Made by a program: the position numbers and the translations under genes. Under the pieces are notes generated by a model. That model was not told the DNA's origin and searched no databases. It saw only the letters and a list, made by a program, of their open reading frames with translations. A DNA stretch of 64,000 nucleotides from an uncultured Pseudomonadota bacterium (GTDB taxonomy: Bacteria > Pseudomonadota > Alphaproteobacteria > Rhizobiales > Xanthobacteraceae). The stretch covers positions 15,676 to 79,675 of the forward strand of contig CAVSFN010000003.1 of assembly GCA_963727225.1 (NCBI GenBank), given 5' to 3'. This document shows positions 10,234 through 20,026 of this stretch, in pieces (position 1 is the first letter of the stretch; each line of letters opens with the position of its first letter).

Positions 10234-10551
10234 ATGATCCGCGGCTTTTTCAGACTTGTCGGGCTGCTGCTCTTGGCGGGCGGATTCATCTTCATGGTCT
10301 ATGACGGGGCGCGCTGGGTCGCCGATCAGGCCTTGCGCTTTACCCGGTTTGGCGAGATCTGGAACGATGTCCACCAATCCAGCCAGCAGGCCTTCCGGGT
10401 CTGGGTGGAGGGCATTTCGCCGTGGCTCTGGATCCATGTCGTCAGGGTCGTGCTGGACCAACCGGTATTTGCCGTGATGGGCGTGCTGGGCATTCTGCTG
10501 ATGCTCCTGTTCCGGCCGCGCAAGCCGTTGATCGGCTATTCGCGGGACTGA
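10234..10551 (+). CDS. Small integral membrane protein, unknown function (105 aa)
   Basis: Two to three hydrophobic helices (LVGLLLLAGGFIFMVY; VFAVMGVLGILLMLLF). Third-position G+C is high throughout. GGTGA lies upstream of the ATG. Confidence 0.7.
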   Translation: MIRGFFRLVGLLLLAGGFIFMVYDGARWVADQALRFTRFGEIWNDVHQSSQQAFRVWVEGISPWLWIHVVRVVLDQPVFAVMGVLGILLMLLFRPRKPLIGYSRD

Positions 10552-10675
10552 GCCGGACAGCACGGTGGTGCGGCGTTTATGCCCAATGGCCAGGCGTAAC
10601 GGGGCTACTGCTGCCGACGTAAGGGCATATATTGTGACAGGCATTAAAGAGAGACATCCCTCCGGGAGGTAATCC

Positions 10676-11332
10676 ATGTTGTTCATGCGCAAAACCACTG
10701 CCTTGCCGAGTGCTGCCGAGGCGCTGCCTGGCCGAACCAAGCCGATCCCGACGGCGACCAGCCATTTCGTCAACGGCCGCCAGTTGCAGCCGCCTTATCC
10801 GGCGGGTCTGGAGCAGGCGGTGTTCGGCCTCGGCTGCTTCTGGGGCGCGGAGCGTAAGTTCTGGGAACTCGGCGACGGCATCTTCACGACCGCCGTGGGC
10901 TATGCCGGCGGTCATACCGCCAACCCGACCTATGAAGAAGTGTGCTCGGGCCGCACCGGTCATACCGAAGCGGTGCTGGTGGTATTCGATCCCAAGAAGA
11001 TATCTTACGATCAACTGCTGAAGACATTTTGGGAAAGCCACAACCCGACACAGGGCATGCGTCAGGGCAATGATGTCGGCACCCAGTATCGTTCGGCGAT
11101 CTACACGTTCAGCGACGCGCAGCGCAAAGCCGTGGACGCGTCGAAGGCGGCCTATCAAAAAGCGCTGGCGGCCAAGGGTCTCGGCACCATCACCACCGAG
11201 ATCGCGCCCGCGGGCGAGTTCTATTTCGCCGAGGACTATCATCAGCAATATCTGGCCAAGAATCCGGCCGGCTATTGCGGGCTTGGGGGCACCGGAGTGT
11301 CCTGTCCGATCGGCGCGGGCGTCAGCGCCTGA
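10676..11332 (+). CDS. msrA: Peptide-methionine (S)-S-oxide reductase
   Basis: Active-site motif [23 protein letters not shown] 6 nt upstream of the ATG. Length is typical of MsrA. Confidence 0.93.
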   Translation: MLFMRKTTALPSAAEALPGRTKPIPTATSHFVNGRQLQPPYPAGLEQAVFGLGCFWGAERKFWELGDGIFTTAVGYAGGHTANPTYEEVCSGRTGHTEAVLVVFDPKKISYDQLLKTFWESHNPTQGMRQGNDVGTQYRSAIYTFSDAQRKAVDASKAAYQKALAAKGLGTITTEIAPAGEFYFAEDYHQQYLAKNPAGYCGLGGTGVSCPIGAGVSA

Positions 11333-11435
11333 TCGCTTCGCTATGACCAGCAGGCCGGTTTCCCGAACCGGTCTGCTGGCAAAACGATTTGTTAACCATA
11401 ATCGGTGCAAGACTTAAGCTGTCTCGCTATGAGGG

Positions 11436-12209
11436 ATGGCTCCGGTGCGGGTTGCGCGCGCGTTTCGATTGCCGATGATTGTCGCCATGGCCGCGCTCGC
11501 TTTGTCGGGCTGCACGCACACATCCGGTCCTGTCGCGACGGTGCAGCAGCCGCGGAGCGATCTGGATTCCCTGGCTTACGGCCAGCCTTACGGCCCGGCG
11601 CCGCGGGTCGTGGTGGCCTCGCCATCGGGCGTCGCCGATTCCGGTGGCGCCATCAGCGCGCTTCGCGCCAGCTTTGCCGGATCACCTCCGCGTTATTACG
11701 CCACGGCCCCGGCCGTCTATGCCGCAGCACCCATGCCGGCGACCTATGATGCCGCCTACCGGCTCGATGCCGGCGACAAATTGCGGGTCGTGGTCTATGG
11801 CCAGGAAGGCCTCACCAATACCTACGCCATCGATGCCGGCGGCGCGATCACCATGCCGCTGATCGGCTCAGTGCCGGCGCGCGGACGGACACCGGCGGAA
11901 CTGGCGTCCGCGATTACCGCCAGGCTGCGCAGCGGCTACATCCGCGACCCCTCGGTGGCTGTCGAGATCGAATCCTATCGGCCGTTCTTCATCCTTGGCG
12001 AAGTCGCAGCCCCCGGCCAATATCCTTACGTGCCCAACATGAGCGTCGAAAGTGCTGTGGCGATTGCCGGCGGCTTTTCGCCGCGGGCCAGGCGCGACTG
12101 CGTCACCCTGACCCACACCGATGCCTCCGGTTCATCCCGATACGTGGTGCCGCTCGGCACCCCACTCAGTCCCGGCGATACCGTCTTCGTCGGCGAGCGC
12201 TGGTTCTGA
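11436..12209 (+). CDS. Polysaccharide export outer-membrane lipoprotein (Wza-like, Poly_export + SLBB)
   Basis: Lipobox LALSGC. DKLRVVVYGQEGLTNTYAIDAGGAITMPLIGSVPARGRTPAEL and FFILGEVAAPGQYPY are typical of Wza/GumB-family proteins. Confidence 0.85.
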   Translation: MAPVRVARAFRLPMIVAMAALALSGCTHTSGPVATVQQPRSDLDSLAYGQPYGPAPRVVVASPSGVADSGGAISALRASFAGSPPRYYATAPAVYAAAPMPATYDAAYRLDAGDKLRVVVYGQEGLTNTYAIDAGGAITMPLIGSVPARGRTPAELASAITARLRSGYIRDPSVAVEIESYRPFFILGEVAAPGQYPYVPNMSVESAVAIAGGFSPRARRDCVTLTHTDASGSSRYVVPLGTPLSPGDTVFVGERWF

Positions 12210-12215
12210 CGTTCG

Positions 12216-12350
12216 GTCATTCCGGCGCGCCGCAGGCGAACCCGGAATCCAAAAATTCCCCGATGTGCAGTCGCACATCTGAGATCTGGTCCGGAGCCTG
12301 TCATCGGGCGGCGTAAAGGCCGACCCGTTGGGACCATCCCGGAACGACGC
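12216..12350. repeat. REP/MITE-like element with terminal inverted repeats
   Basis: GGTCATTCCGGCG...CCGGAATCC, an internal palindrome ATGTGCAGTCGCACAT, the core GGAGCCTGTCATCGGGCGGCG (also at 30224-30244), and a terminal CCCGGAACGACG that mirrors the start. Confidence 0.55.
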
Positions 12351-12356
12351 CCAATT

Positions 12357-13031
12357 TTATTTCTTCAAATGCCTGGCAAAGAAGTCGAGGCTACGCTGTT
12401 TGGCGATGCCGGCACTCGCCGGGTCATAACTCGCCCGTTCATCGCAATTGAAACCATGCTGCGCACCGGGATAGACGTGGATTTCGACGTCGGGCCGCCT
12501 GGTACGAATGGTATCGACGTCGCTGAGTGGAATGCCCGCGTCCTTTTCACCGAAATGAAGTTGGGTCGGCACCTTCGGCATATCGCCGGCGAAGCGGACG
12601 ATGGCGCTGCCGTAATAGCCGATCGCCGCGGACAGGCCTGACAGTTTGGTAGCGGCGGCATAGGCGACGCTGCCGCCAAGACAAAAGCCGATGATGCCGA
12701 CCGGGCCGACATCCTTCACCGCATCGATGGCGGCCTGGCTGTCGCGCAACATCGCCGCCCAGTCGGGATTGGCGACGAATTTGCGCGCTACCGCCACCTC
12801 TTCCGGCGCATAGCCGGACTGGAAATTCGGTTCGATGCGGTCGAAGATCGCAGGCGCGACGGCGACATAACCGTTGCCCGCGAAACGATCGCAGATCGCG
12901 CGAATGTGGTGATTGACGCCAAAGATCTCCTGGATCACCACCACCGCCGCCTTGGGCGCGCTTGCGGGGTCGGCACGATAGCCGCCCAGTTGAAAATTGT
13001 CCGAAGCCGTCAGCTTGATATCGTGTCCCAC
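12357..13031 (-). CDS. Dienelactone hydrolase family protein
   Basis: VVVIQEIFGVNHHIRAICDRFAGNGYVAVAPAIFDR and the Cys nucleophile elbow GFCLGG. GTG start. Confidence 0.85.
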   Translation of the reverse strand: MGHDIKLTASDNFQLGGYRADPASAPKAAVVVIQEIFGVNHHIRAICDRFAGNGYVAVAPAIFDRIEPNFQSGYAPEEVAVARKFVANPDWAAMLRDSQAAIDAVKDVGPVGIIGFCLGGSVAYAAATKLSGLSAAIGYYGSAIVRFAGDMPKVPTQLHFGEKDAGIPLSDVDTIRTRRPDVEIHVYPGAQHGFNCDERASYDPASAGIAKQRSLDFFARHLKK

Positions 13032-13144
13032 GGGTCATCCATTTGTTGAGATCTGATTGGACTTAAGCGCTGTCTGACAATGCGATGGAACCGCAATCAG
13101 CCGTCACGCATCCTACACCAGGCCAATTATGGTCAGGCCCGCTT

Positions 13145-13921
13145 TTACGGAATGGCGCCGCCCGGCAGGCCGTCGAGGAACGGCAGCACGGCCGCGATGA
13201 ACGCCTGCGGCTGATCGATGTTGACGGCGTGGCCGGCGGCCGGGATCACGACCTTCTTCGCGCCGGGAATTTTCGCCGCCATGTAATCTGAGGCGGCGAG
13301 GAACGGCGCATCGTCGGCGCCGACCACCACCAGCGACGGCACCTTGATATCTGGAAGCAGCTCGATGACGCGCGCATCGCGCTGGGTCAACATGCCGCGC
13401 GCCGCGCGTGCCAGACCCGACGCATCGCGATGACTGACCGTCGCGCGTTCGCGGCTGGCGGATTTGAGAACCGCAAGGCCCTCGCGCTCGAAGCGGTCGC
13501 CGGTGTCGTGAGCGCGCTTGTTCCAGGTTTCGCGGGCGTCGTCCTTCTTGAAGCCCGGCCCGGTATCGATGATCAGCAGGGCGCTGACGCGCTCCGGATG
13601 CGCGCGATAAAACGCCAGCGACATGTAACCCCCGAGCGAAAGGCCGCCGACAATGGCACGTTTCGCACCGACCTCGTCAAGCAGCGCCGCGATGTCGGCC
13701 ACCGTCAACGCTTCGCTGTAAGCCGCGGGATCAGAGGGGTAGTCGGACCGGCCGTGGCCGCGCATGTCCCACAGGACAAGCTTGTGATGTTTCGACAGCG
13801 CCTCGATCTGGCCCTGCCACATCTGCGATGTCGATGAATAGCCGTGCGTCAATAATAGCGGAGGTCCGCTGCCGTGAACCTCATAATAGAGACCGACCCC
13901 GTCACGGTTGATCTTTGGCAT
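13145..13921 (-). CDS. Alpha/beta-fold hydrolase
   Basis: HG-type oxyanion region LLLTHGY, the nucleophile elbow GGLSLGG, and a C-terminal GH motif (AAGHAVN). Confidence 0.85.
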   Translation of the reverse strand: MPKINRDGVGLYYEVHGSGPPLLLTHGYSSTSQMWQGQIEALSKHHKLVLWDMRGHGRSDYPSDPAAYSEALTVADIAALLDEVGAKRAIVGGLSLGGYMSLAFYRAHPERVSALLIIDTGPGFKKDDARETWNKRAHDTGDRFEREGLAVLKSASRERATVSHRDASGLARAARGMLTQRDARVIELLPDIKVPSLVVVGADDAPFLAASDYMAAKIPGAKKVVIPAAGHAVNIDQPQAFIAAVLPFLDGLPGGAIP

Positions 13922-13951
13922 CGCTGTTTCCCAATTCGTCCGGTCGCGACC

Positions 13952-14055
13952 TTAGAGCGTTTTCCGGCGAAGCGGATAGCGCTTGGCGCCAAGAAAACCC
14001 ATCAAAACAGGGAAATGGACCGTCCGTTCCGAATCGGTCGCTACGGAAAGGCTCC
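13952..14055. repeat. Dispersed intergenic repeat, family TAGAGCGTTTTC...GCGAAG.GGATA
   Basis: TTAGAGCGTTTTCCGGCGAAGCGGATAGCG. Related copies lie at 36098-36177 (same orientation) and 53386-53520 (inverted). Confidence 0.5.
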
Positions 14056-14324
14056 GCGAGCCGATGGCCGAGAAGACTTCGCAACCTTTGAAACTTCACA
14101 ACTTGATGGCGGAGATCGCGCTTTCCTCCATGCACGAGAGCAGGCTCCATCTACGACTTTAGGACAGGGTTTTGCCGCAACGCACAAATTTAATTTAGAT
14201 TGCCTCTAGATCGGAACCCGATCATTCTGCGCCCAAGTCGGCACCGACCCGGTGGGTGCCAGACCATTATCTCAACGTGAGTTGCCGCCGTAAGCGGCAT
14301 CGCGCACCGGCAGGGGAAGAGACG

Positions 14325-14813
14325 ATGACTACTCTTAATATCAACGGACGGAATATGTCCGTCGAGGCGGCGAACGATACGCCGCTGCTATGGGCCATCC
14401 GCGAGCAATTGCAGATGACCGGTACCAAATTCGGCTGCGGCGCCGGCCTTTGCGGCGCCTGCACCGTGCATGTCAATGGCGAAGCCGTGCGATCCTGCCA
14501 GACGTCGATCAGCGACGCCGTTGGCAAGAAAATCACGACCATCGAGGGCCTCAGCGCCAAGGGCGATCACCCGCTGCAGAAGGCGTGGATCGCCGAGCAG
14601 GTTCCGCAATGCGGCTACTGCCAGTCCGGGCAGATCATGCAGGCGGCGTCGCTGCTCGCCAAGAACAGCAATCCGACCAAGGAAGAAGTGGTAGCGCACA
14701 TGGACGGCAACCTCTGCCGCTGCATGACCTATTCGCGCATCCAGAAAGCCATCATGCGTGCTGCCTCCGAAATGCGCACTGCGTCCACCGCGACAGATCG
14801 GAGAGCAACATGA
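14325..14813 (+). CDS. (2Fe-2S)-binding small subunit of a molybdenum hydroxylase (IorA/aldehyde-oxidase type)
   Basis: [24 protein letters not shown] and [11 protein letters not shown] are the two [2Fe-2S] cysteine clusters. I moved the start to ATG 14325 (MTTLNINGR), which has GGAAGAG upstream. Confidence 0.9.
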   Translation: MTTLNINGRNMSVEAANDTPLLWAIREQLQMTGTKFGCGAGLCGACTVHVNGEAVRSCQTSISDAVGKKITTIEGLSAKGDHPLQKAWIAEQVPQCGYCQSGQIMQAASLLAKNSNPTKEEVVAHMDGNLCRCMTYSRIQKAIMRAASEMRTASTATDRRAT

Positions 14814-17104
14814 ATACGCACGTGAAAATCTCACAGAGTGAGCCCGCTGATCTCAGCCGCCGCTCGTTCCTCGTCGGTAGCGCCGCCGCAGGTCTTGCGC
14901 TCGGCTATTCCGCAGTTCCCGGCCTGCTCGGCGCCGACCAGGCGTTCGCCGCAACCGGCAATTTCGATCCCAGCGTCTGGTACTCGATTGCGCCGGACGG
15001 CATTGTCACGGTCACATGCGGCAAAGCCGACATGGGCCAGCACATTGCCTCGACCATGGCTCAGCTCGTTTCCGAAGAGCTCGGGTCGAACTGGAAGGAC
15101 ATGCGCATTCAACTTGCTTCCAACGATCCGAAGTTCAACGACCCCGTGCTCGGCGCGCAGATTACCGGCGGCAGCTGGAGCACGATGATGAACTACGATG
15201 CAATGAGCCGCGCGGGTGCCGCGGGGCGCATTGCATTGACGGAAGCCGCGGCAGCCTCAATGGGCGTCCCCGCCGGCGAACTGGTCGTCAGAGACTCCGT
15301 GATTAGCCATCCGAAGTCGAAGAAGTCGATGACGTTCGCGGAAATCGTCAAGAGCGGCAAGGCCACCAAGACCTTTACGCCCGACGATCTCAAGGCGATC
15401 AAGCTCAAGACCCCCGATCAGTACACCATGATCGGTGTTTCGGTTCCGCAGCTCGACATTCCGTCGAAGACCAACGGCACGGCCAAATACGGCATCGACG
15501 TCATGCTGCCGGGTATGGTGTACGGCAAGGTCGTGATGCCTCCGGTGCGCTACGGCGCAACGGTCAAGTCGGTGGATGACGGCGCGGCGAAGAAGGTGCC
15601 GGGCTTCATCAAGGCCGTCACCCTCGACGACAAGACGGCGACGACGACGGGCTGGGTGGTGGTGATCGCCAACACCTATGCCAGCGCCAGGAAGGCTGCC
15701 GAAGTTCTCAAGGTGACGTATGACGGCGGCCCCAATGCCAAGGTGTCGAGCGAATCGCTGCTGACCGAGGCCAAGCGTCTGCAAGGCCTCGACAACTCCG
15801 GTTTGTTCTTCGTCAAGAGCGGCGACACCGCCGCGGCACTCGGTACGGCGGCGAAGGTGATGGAGGCGGAATACACCACCAACATCAACATCCATGCGCC
15901 GATGGAACCGATGAACGCCACCGCGCAGCAACAGGGCGATATCTGGCACATCTATTCCGGCAACCAGTTCGCAACGCGCTCCGGCGCGATCGCGGCCGGT
16001 GCTGCCGGCGTCGATCCCAAATTCGTCGTGATGCACCAGATGTTCCTGGGCGGCGGCTTCGGCCGGCGGCTTGACGCCGACATGATGGTGCCTGCGGTGC
16101 AGGCGGCGAAAGCCGTCGGCAAACCGGTCAAGGTGATCTACTCGCGCGAAGACGACATGACCATGGACTTCTCGCGTCCGCTGACGTTCCAGAAGATCAA
16201 GGCCGGTCTCGACGGCGACGGCAAGCTGGTTGCGATGAATCACGACGTGGTCAGCGCGTGGCCGACCAAGCGCTGGGGCATCCCGGATTTCCTGTCGCCT
16301 TCGGTCGACAAGAAAGACGAGCGGCTTGATGCGTTCACCGTGAATGGCGCGGACTTCTTCTATTCCGTGCCCAATCACAACGTCCGCGCCATCCTCAACG
16401 AGATGGCGCACAGCGCCACCCCGTCGGGGCAGTTGCGGTCGGTCGCACCGGGCTGGACCTTCTGGGCGGTGGAAAGCATGATCGACGAGATCGCCCATGC
16501 CGCCGGCAAGGATCCCGCGCAGTATCGCATCAGCATGTTGGACGGCGCCGGCGCCAATGCCGGTGGCGCGCAACGCCTGCGCAACACCTTGCTCGCTGCG
16601 ATGGGCCTGGCCGGTTACGGCACCATCCAGCTTCCGAAGGGAGAGGGCATGGGCGTTGCCTGCGTCTCGTCACAGGAAAGAGCGACCGCAAGCTGGACCG
16701 CATGCGTGGCTCATGTTGCGGTTGCGCCGTCCGGCGAGGTCAAGGTCAAGAAGCTGACCGTGGCCACCGACGTCGGCACGCAGGTGCATCCCGACAATAT
16801 CCGTGCCCAGGTCGAGGGCGCGGCATTGTGGGGGGTCTCGCTCGCACTGTACGAGAAGGCGACGTTGAAGAACGGCGGCATCGAACAAACCAACTTCGAT
16901 ACCTACACGCCGTTGCGGATGAGTCAGCTGCCGGAAGTCGCCATCAGCGTCATTGCCAATGGTGAGAAAGCCACCGGCGTCGGCGAACCGGCGGTGACGG
17001 TGGTTGCTCCCGCGCTCGCCAACGCGATCTTCAATGCGTGTGGCGCCCGCGTCCGCTCGCTGCCGATCACGGCAGAGGCGGTGAAGGCGAATATGAAGGC
17101 GTAA
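14810..17104 (+). CDS. Molybdopterin-binding large subunit of the hydroxylase (IorB type) with a Tat signal
   Basis: The ATG at 14810 overlaps the upstream stop (ATGA). The N-terminus [32 protein letters not shown] is a twin-arginine signal. The 764-aa body is typical of xanthine-dehydrogenase-family beta subunits. The track ORF start at 14390 is an upstream in-frame extension. Confidence 0.9.
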   Translation: MNTHVKISQSEPADLSRRSFLVGSAAAGLALGYSAVPGLLGADQAFAATGNFDPSVWYSIAPDGIVTVTCGKADMGQHIASTMAQLVSEELGSNWKDMRIQLASNDPKFNDPVLGAQITGGSWSTMMNYDAMSRAGAAGRIALTEAAAASMGVPAGELVVRDSVISHPKSKKSMTFAEIVKSGKATKTFTPDDLKAIKLKTPDQYTMIGVSVPQLDIPSKTNGTAKYGIDVMLPGMVYGKVVMPPVRYGATVKSVDDGAAKKVPGFIKAVTLDDKTATTTGWVVVIANTYASARKAAEVLKVTYDGGPNAKVSSESLLTEAKRLQGLDNSGLFFVKSGDTAAALGTAAKVMEAEYTTNINIHAPMEPMNATAQQQGDIWHIYSGNQFATRSGAIAAGAAGVDPKFVVMHQMFLGGGFGRRLDADMMVPAVQAAKAVGKPVKVIYSREDDMTMDFSRPLTFQKIKAGLDGDGKLVAMNHDVVSAWPTKRWGIPDFLSPSVDKKDERLDAFTVNGADFFYSVPNHNVRAILNEMAHSATPSGQLRSVAPGWTFWAVESMIDEIAHAAGKDPAQYRISMLDGAGANAGGAQRLRNTLLAAMGLAGYGTIQLPKGEGMGVACVSSQERATASWTACVAHVAVAPSGEVKVKKLTVATDVGTQVHPDNIRAQVEGAALWGVSLALYEKATLKNGGIEQTNFDTYTPLRMSQLPEVAISVIANGEKATGVGEPAVTVVAPALANAIFNACGARVRSLPITAEAVKANMKA

Positions 17105-17126
17105 GCCGTCGCACGCGACAACAACG

Positions 17127-17162
17127 ATCCGCCGGGGGCATTGTCTCCGGCGGATTTTTTTT
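17127..17162 (+). terminator. Rho-independent terminator after the hydroxylase operon
   Basis: TCCGCCGG-GGGCATTGTC-TCCGGCGGA followed by T8. Confidence 0.7.
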
Positions 17163-17317
17163 GAATCAATTCAGCCGCCGGCAGAATGGTGAGGCCGGGG
17201 AATCGTTAAATTTTTAGGATCAACCACAGACCTGCATTCATAATACCCCTTAAGCCTTGGAGAACCCGTTATCCGGTATGTCTTTGCTATCGCCACCGCC
17301 GCCAGCAAAGAGGAATC

Positions 17318-18415
17318 ATGACAACTCAAGCGAGCCCATCTTCGTCCAAGCGCCGGCTGCTTCTGGCGTCCGATCGGAACGATCAAAGCAGCGAATTGGC
17401 AAGCATTCTGAAATCCGTGGGTGAGGTGGATACCATCTCGACGTCGGAAATCCCCGACGCTCCCGCCAGTCACGTTTCAGGGATCGTGGTCGATATCAAT
17501 CTGCGCTCCGCCGAAAGCGTACAGCGGGTTCGCAACAAGCTGCAGGCCGAAGCCTACCGTTCGATGCCGAGGCTGTTTGTCCTCGCGGACGCCCTGCATC
17601 ATGGGTCGATGCAGGCCTGGGCACTGGGCGCAACGGACACGATCGCGCGGCCGCTCGATGCGCAAGGAATTCTGCAACGCATCCACGCCGCATTTCCGGA
17701 CACCCATGCATATGATGCGACGGATCGCGGCAAGACCCTGAACAGAGGCGTCGCCGCCGCGCACGACGTGATGGTCAAGATATTCGAGAAGTTTCCGGCG
17801 GGAGTATCGCTGACGTTCAACGACATCGTGCAGGCGGAAAACAAGATTCTCAAAGCCATCAAACACTGCTCGTTACGCGAGTGGCTGACGGCCGTGGGCT
17901 GCCATCATACGGAAACCTTCCGCCACTGCCTTTTTGTAACCGGTTTTGCGGTGGCGTTCGCACAGCATCTCGGCATGCGCGAGGACGACCAGCGCCGTTT
18001 GGCTCGCGCAGCCCTGCTGCACGACGTCGGCAAGGCGTTCATTCCGGTGGCGATCCTGGACAAGCCGGGAGAGCTGACCGAAGAAGAAACGAACGAAATC
18101 CGACAGCATCCGCGTCGCGGTTATGACGCGCTTGCAGCTCAGGGCGGCTTCCCGCCAGAGATGCTGGATGTGGTTCTGCACCATCACGAATTCCTTGACG
18201 GCACCGGATACCCCCATGGCCTGAGCGGCAATCGGATCAGCGACATCGTGCGCGTTATTACCATCGTGGACATCTATGCGGCGCTGGTGGAGAAGCGCGC
18301 CTATCGGCTGGAATATACCCACACCCGGGCGTTTTCGATGATGGAAGATATGGTCGGTCAATTGGACCAGCATTTGCTTCAGGCTTTCCGCGCGGTCGCC
18401 TTCGCATCCTTTTAA
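17318..18415 (+). CDS. HD-GYP domain c-di-GMP phosphodiesterase with a receiver-like N-terminus
   Basis: LLHDVGKAFIP (HD) and HHHEFLDGTGYPHGL (HHExxDGxGYP). The N-terminal ~120 aa resemble a REC domain (VVDINL). AGAGGA RBS. Confidence 0.88.
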   Translation: MTTQASPSSSKRRLLLASDRNDQSSELASILKSVGEVDTISTSEIPDAPASHVSGIVVDINLRSAESVQRVRNKLQAEAYRSMPRLFVLADALHHGSMQAWALGATDTIARPLDAQGILQRIHAAFPDTHAYDATDRGKTLNRGVAAAHDVMVKIFEKFPAGVSLTFNDIVQAENKILKAIKHCSLREWLTAVGCHHTETFRHCLFVTGFAVAFAQHLGMREDDQRRLARAALLHDVGKAFIPVAILDKPGELTEEETNEIRQHPRRGYDALAAQGGFPPEMLDVVLHHHEFLDGTGYPHGLSGNRISDIVRVITIVDIYAALVEKRAYRLEYTHTRAFSMMEDMVGQLDQHLLQAFRAVAFASF

Positions 18416-18474
18416 TCGTTCGACGCAGTCTCGGCCCGTTGCCGATCGCGGTGAGGGCGAATCCGACAATAAAG

Positions 18475-18508
18475 ATCCGCCGGGGCATTGCCTCCGGTGG
18501 ATTTTTTT
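18475..18508 (+). terminator. Rho-independent terminator after the HD-GYP gene (near-copy of 17127-17162)
   Basis: TCCGCCGG-GGCATTGCC-TCCGGTGGA followed by T7. Confidence 0.65.
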
Positions 18509-18701
18509 GCGGCAGGGCTCAGCGGCTGGACGCAAGCCGTCCCCGATCGGTTCCAGCATGATCTCTTTCGGGAATCGCTGACGGGTTCGCCACTAGTTTC
18601 ATGGGAATTAACGGTTCCAAGGCTCCTGCGGCAATAATCCTGATTTGTCGTTCGCTCGCCTGCGCGAGACTTTCGCTCCACGAGAACCGGAGGGTGCGAT
18701 T

Positions 18702-19985
18702 ATGGGCGCGACCATCGAAATCGATCTTCCGGCCGACACGGCCGCGACGCTGGTGAATCCGGCGGCCTATGCCGATCATCGCCTTCATGATGCCTATCGC
18801 TGGCTTCGGGCCAACAATCCGCTCGGCATTGCGCGGGCGGAGGGCTTCGATCCATTCTGGGTGGTGACCAAACACGCCCACATCCAGGCCATCAGCCGGC
18901 AGAACGATCTTTTCCATAATGCGGACCGCCCGACCACGCTCACGACCAAGGCGTTCGAGGAGCGGGTGCGCAAGATCACCGGCGCGCCGAACCTGGTGCG
19001 CTCGCTGGTTCAGATGGATGCGCCCGATCATCCCAAATATCGCGCATTGACGCAGGCCTGGTTCATGCCGGTCAATCTCGGAAAATTCGAGGAAAGGGTC
19101 CGCACCATCGCGCGCAGCGCGGTCGAGCGGATGGTGTCGCATGGCGGGCGCTGCGATTTCGTCGCCGACATCGCGCTCGGATATCCATTGCATGTCATCA
19201 TGGAAATTCTCGGTGTGCCGGAGCAGGACGAACCGAGGATGCTCAAACTCACCCAGGAATTGTTCGGACCGCAGGATCCCGACACCGCGCGGGTCAGGGA
19301 ACAACTCAGCCCCGAACAGTTTTCCGAAATGATCGTGTCGATCGTCAATGATTTCGGAGCTTATTTCGGCAAAATCACCGAGGATCGGCGCGCCAATCCG
19401 CGGGATGACCTTGCCACCGTGATCGCCAACGGCAAAATCAACGGGGCGTATCTGCCGCCCCTCGATATGACGAGCTACTATATGATCGTTGCCACCGCCG
19501 GCCACGATACCACCTCGTCGTCGACAGCGGGCGCGATCTGGGCGCTTGCCGAAAATCCGCAGGAGTTTGCCAAGGTCAAGGCCAATCCGGAGCTGATTCC
19601 AGGTCTGGTCGACGAAGCCATTCGCTGGATGACCCCGGTGAAGACCTTCATGCGATCGGCGACCGCCGACACCGAACTGGGCGGGCGCAAGATCGCCAAA
19701 GGCGACTGGCTGATGCTGTGCTATGCGTCCGGCAACCGCGACGAGGATGTCTTCGAGGACCCGTTCACGTTCCGCTCCGACCGCAAGCCGAACCGGCATG
19801 TCGCATTCGGCTACGGCGCCCATCTCTGCCTTGGCCAGTACCTCGCCAAGATGGAAATGCGAATCCTGTTCGAGGAATTGTTGCCGCGCCTGAAGTCGAT
19901 CGCGCTCGATGGCGAGGTCAAGATGACGCAGGCCACCTTCGTCAACGGACCCAAATCGCTGCCGATCCGGTTCGAGCTGAACTGA
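18702..19985 (+). CDS. Cytochrome P450
   Basis: Heme-binding loop FGYGAHLCLG, I-helix AGHDTTSSS, and ExxR (EAIRW). I moved the start to ATG 18702, which has GGAGG 7 nt upstream. Confidence 0.92.
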   Translation: MGATIEIDLPADTAATLVNPAAYADHRLHDAYRWLRANNPLGIARAEGFDPFWVVTKHAHIQAISRQNDLFHNADRPTTLTTKAFEERVRKITGAPNLVRSLVQMDAPDHPKYRALTQAWFMPVNLGKFEERVRTIARSAVERMVSHGGRCDFVADIALGYPLHVIMEILGVPEQDEPRMLKLTQELFGPQDPDTARVREQLSPEQFSEMIVSIVNDFGAYFGKITEDRRANPRDDLATVIANGKINGAYLPPLDMTSYYMIVATAGHDTTSSSTAGAIWALAENPQEFAKVKANPELIPGLVDEAIRWMTPVKTFMRSATADTELGGRKIAKGDWLMLCYASGNRDEDVFEDPFTFRSDRKPNRHVAFGYGAHLCLGQYLAKMEMRILFEELLPRLKSIALDGEVKMTQATFVNGPKSLPIRFELN

Positions 19986-20026
19986 TGAGGCGTCGAGCTA
20001 TCGAGCTCGAATGATCCGGAGGCACC

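Noticed and set aside
15257-16573. 438-aa minus-strand ORF inside the molybdopterin subunit gene. Similar long antisense ORFs lie at 18519..19823, 24957..26207, 27328..27744 and 28785..29309.
   Set aside because: Each lies opposite a gene with clear catalytic motifs (hydroxylase, P450, TPP enzyme, GH15). Each shows His/Arg/Asp/Gly-biased composition and lacks an RBS.
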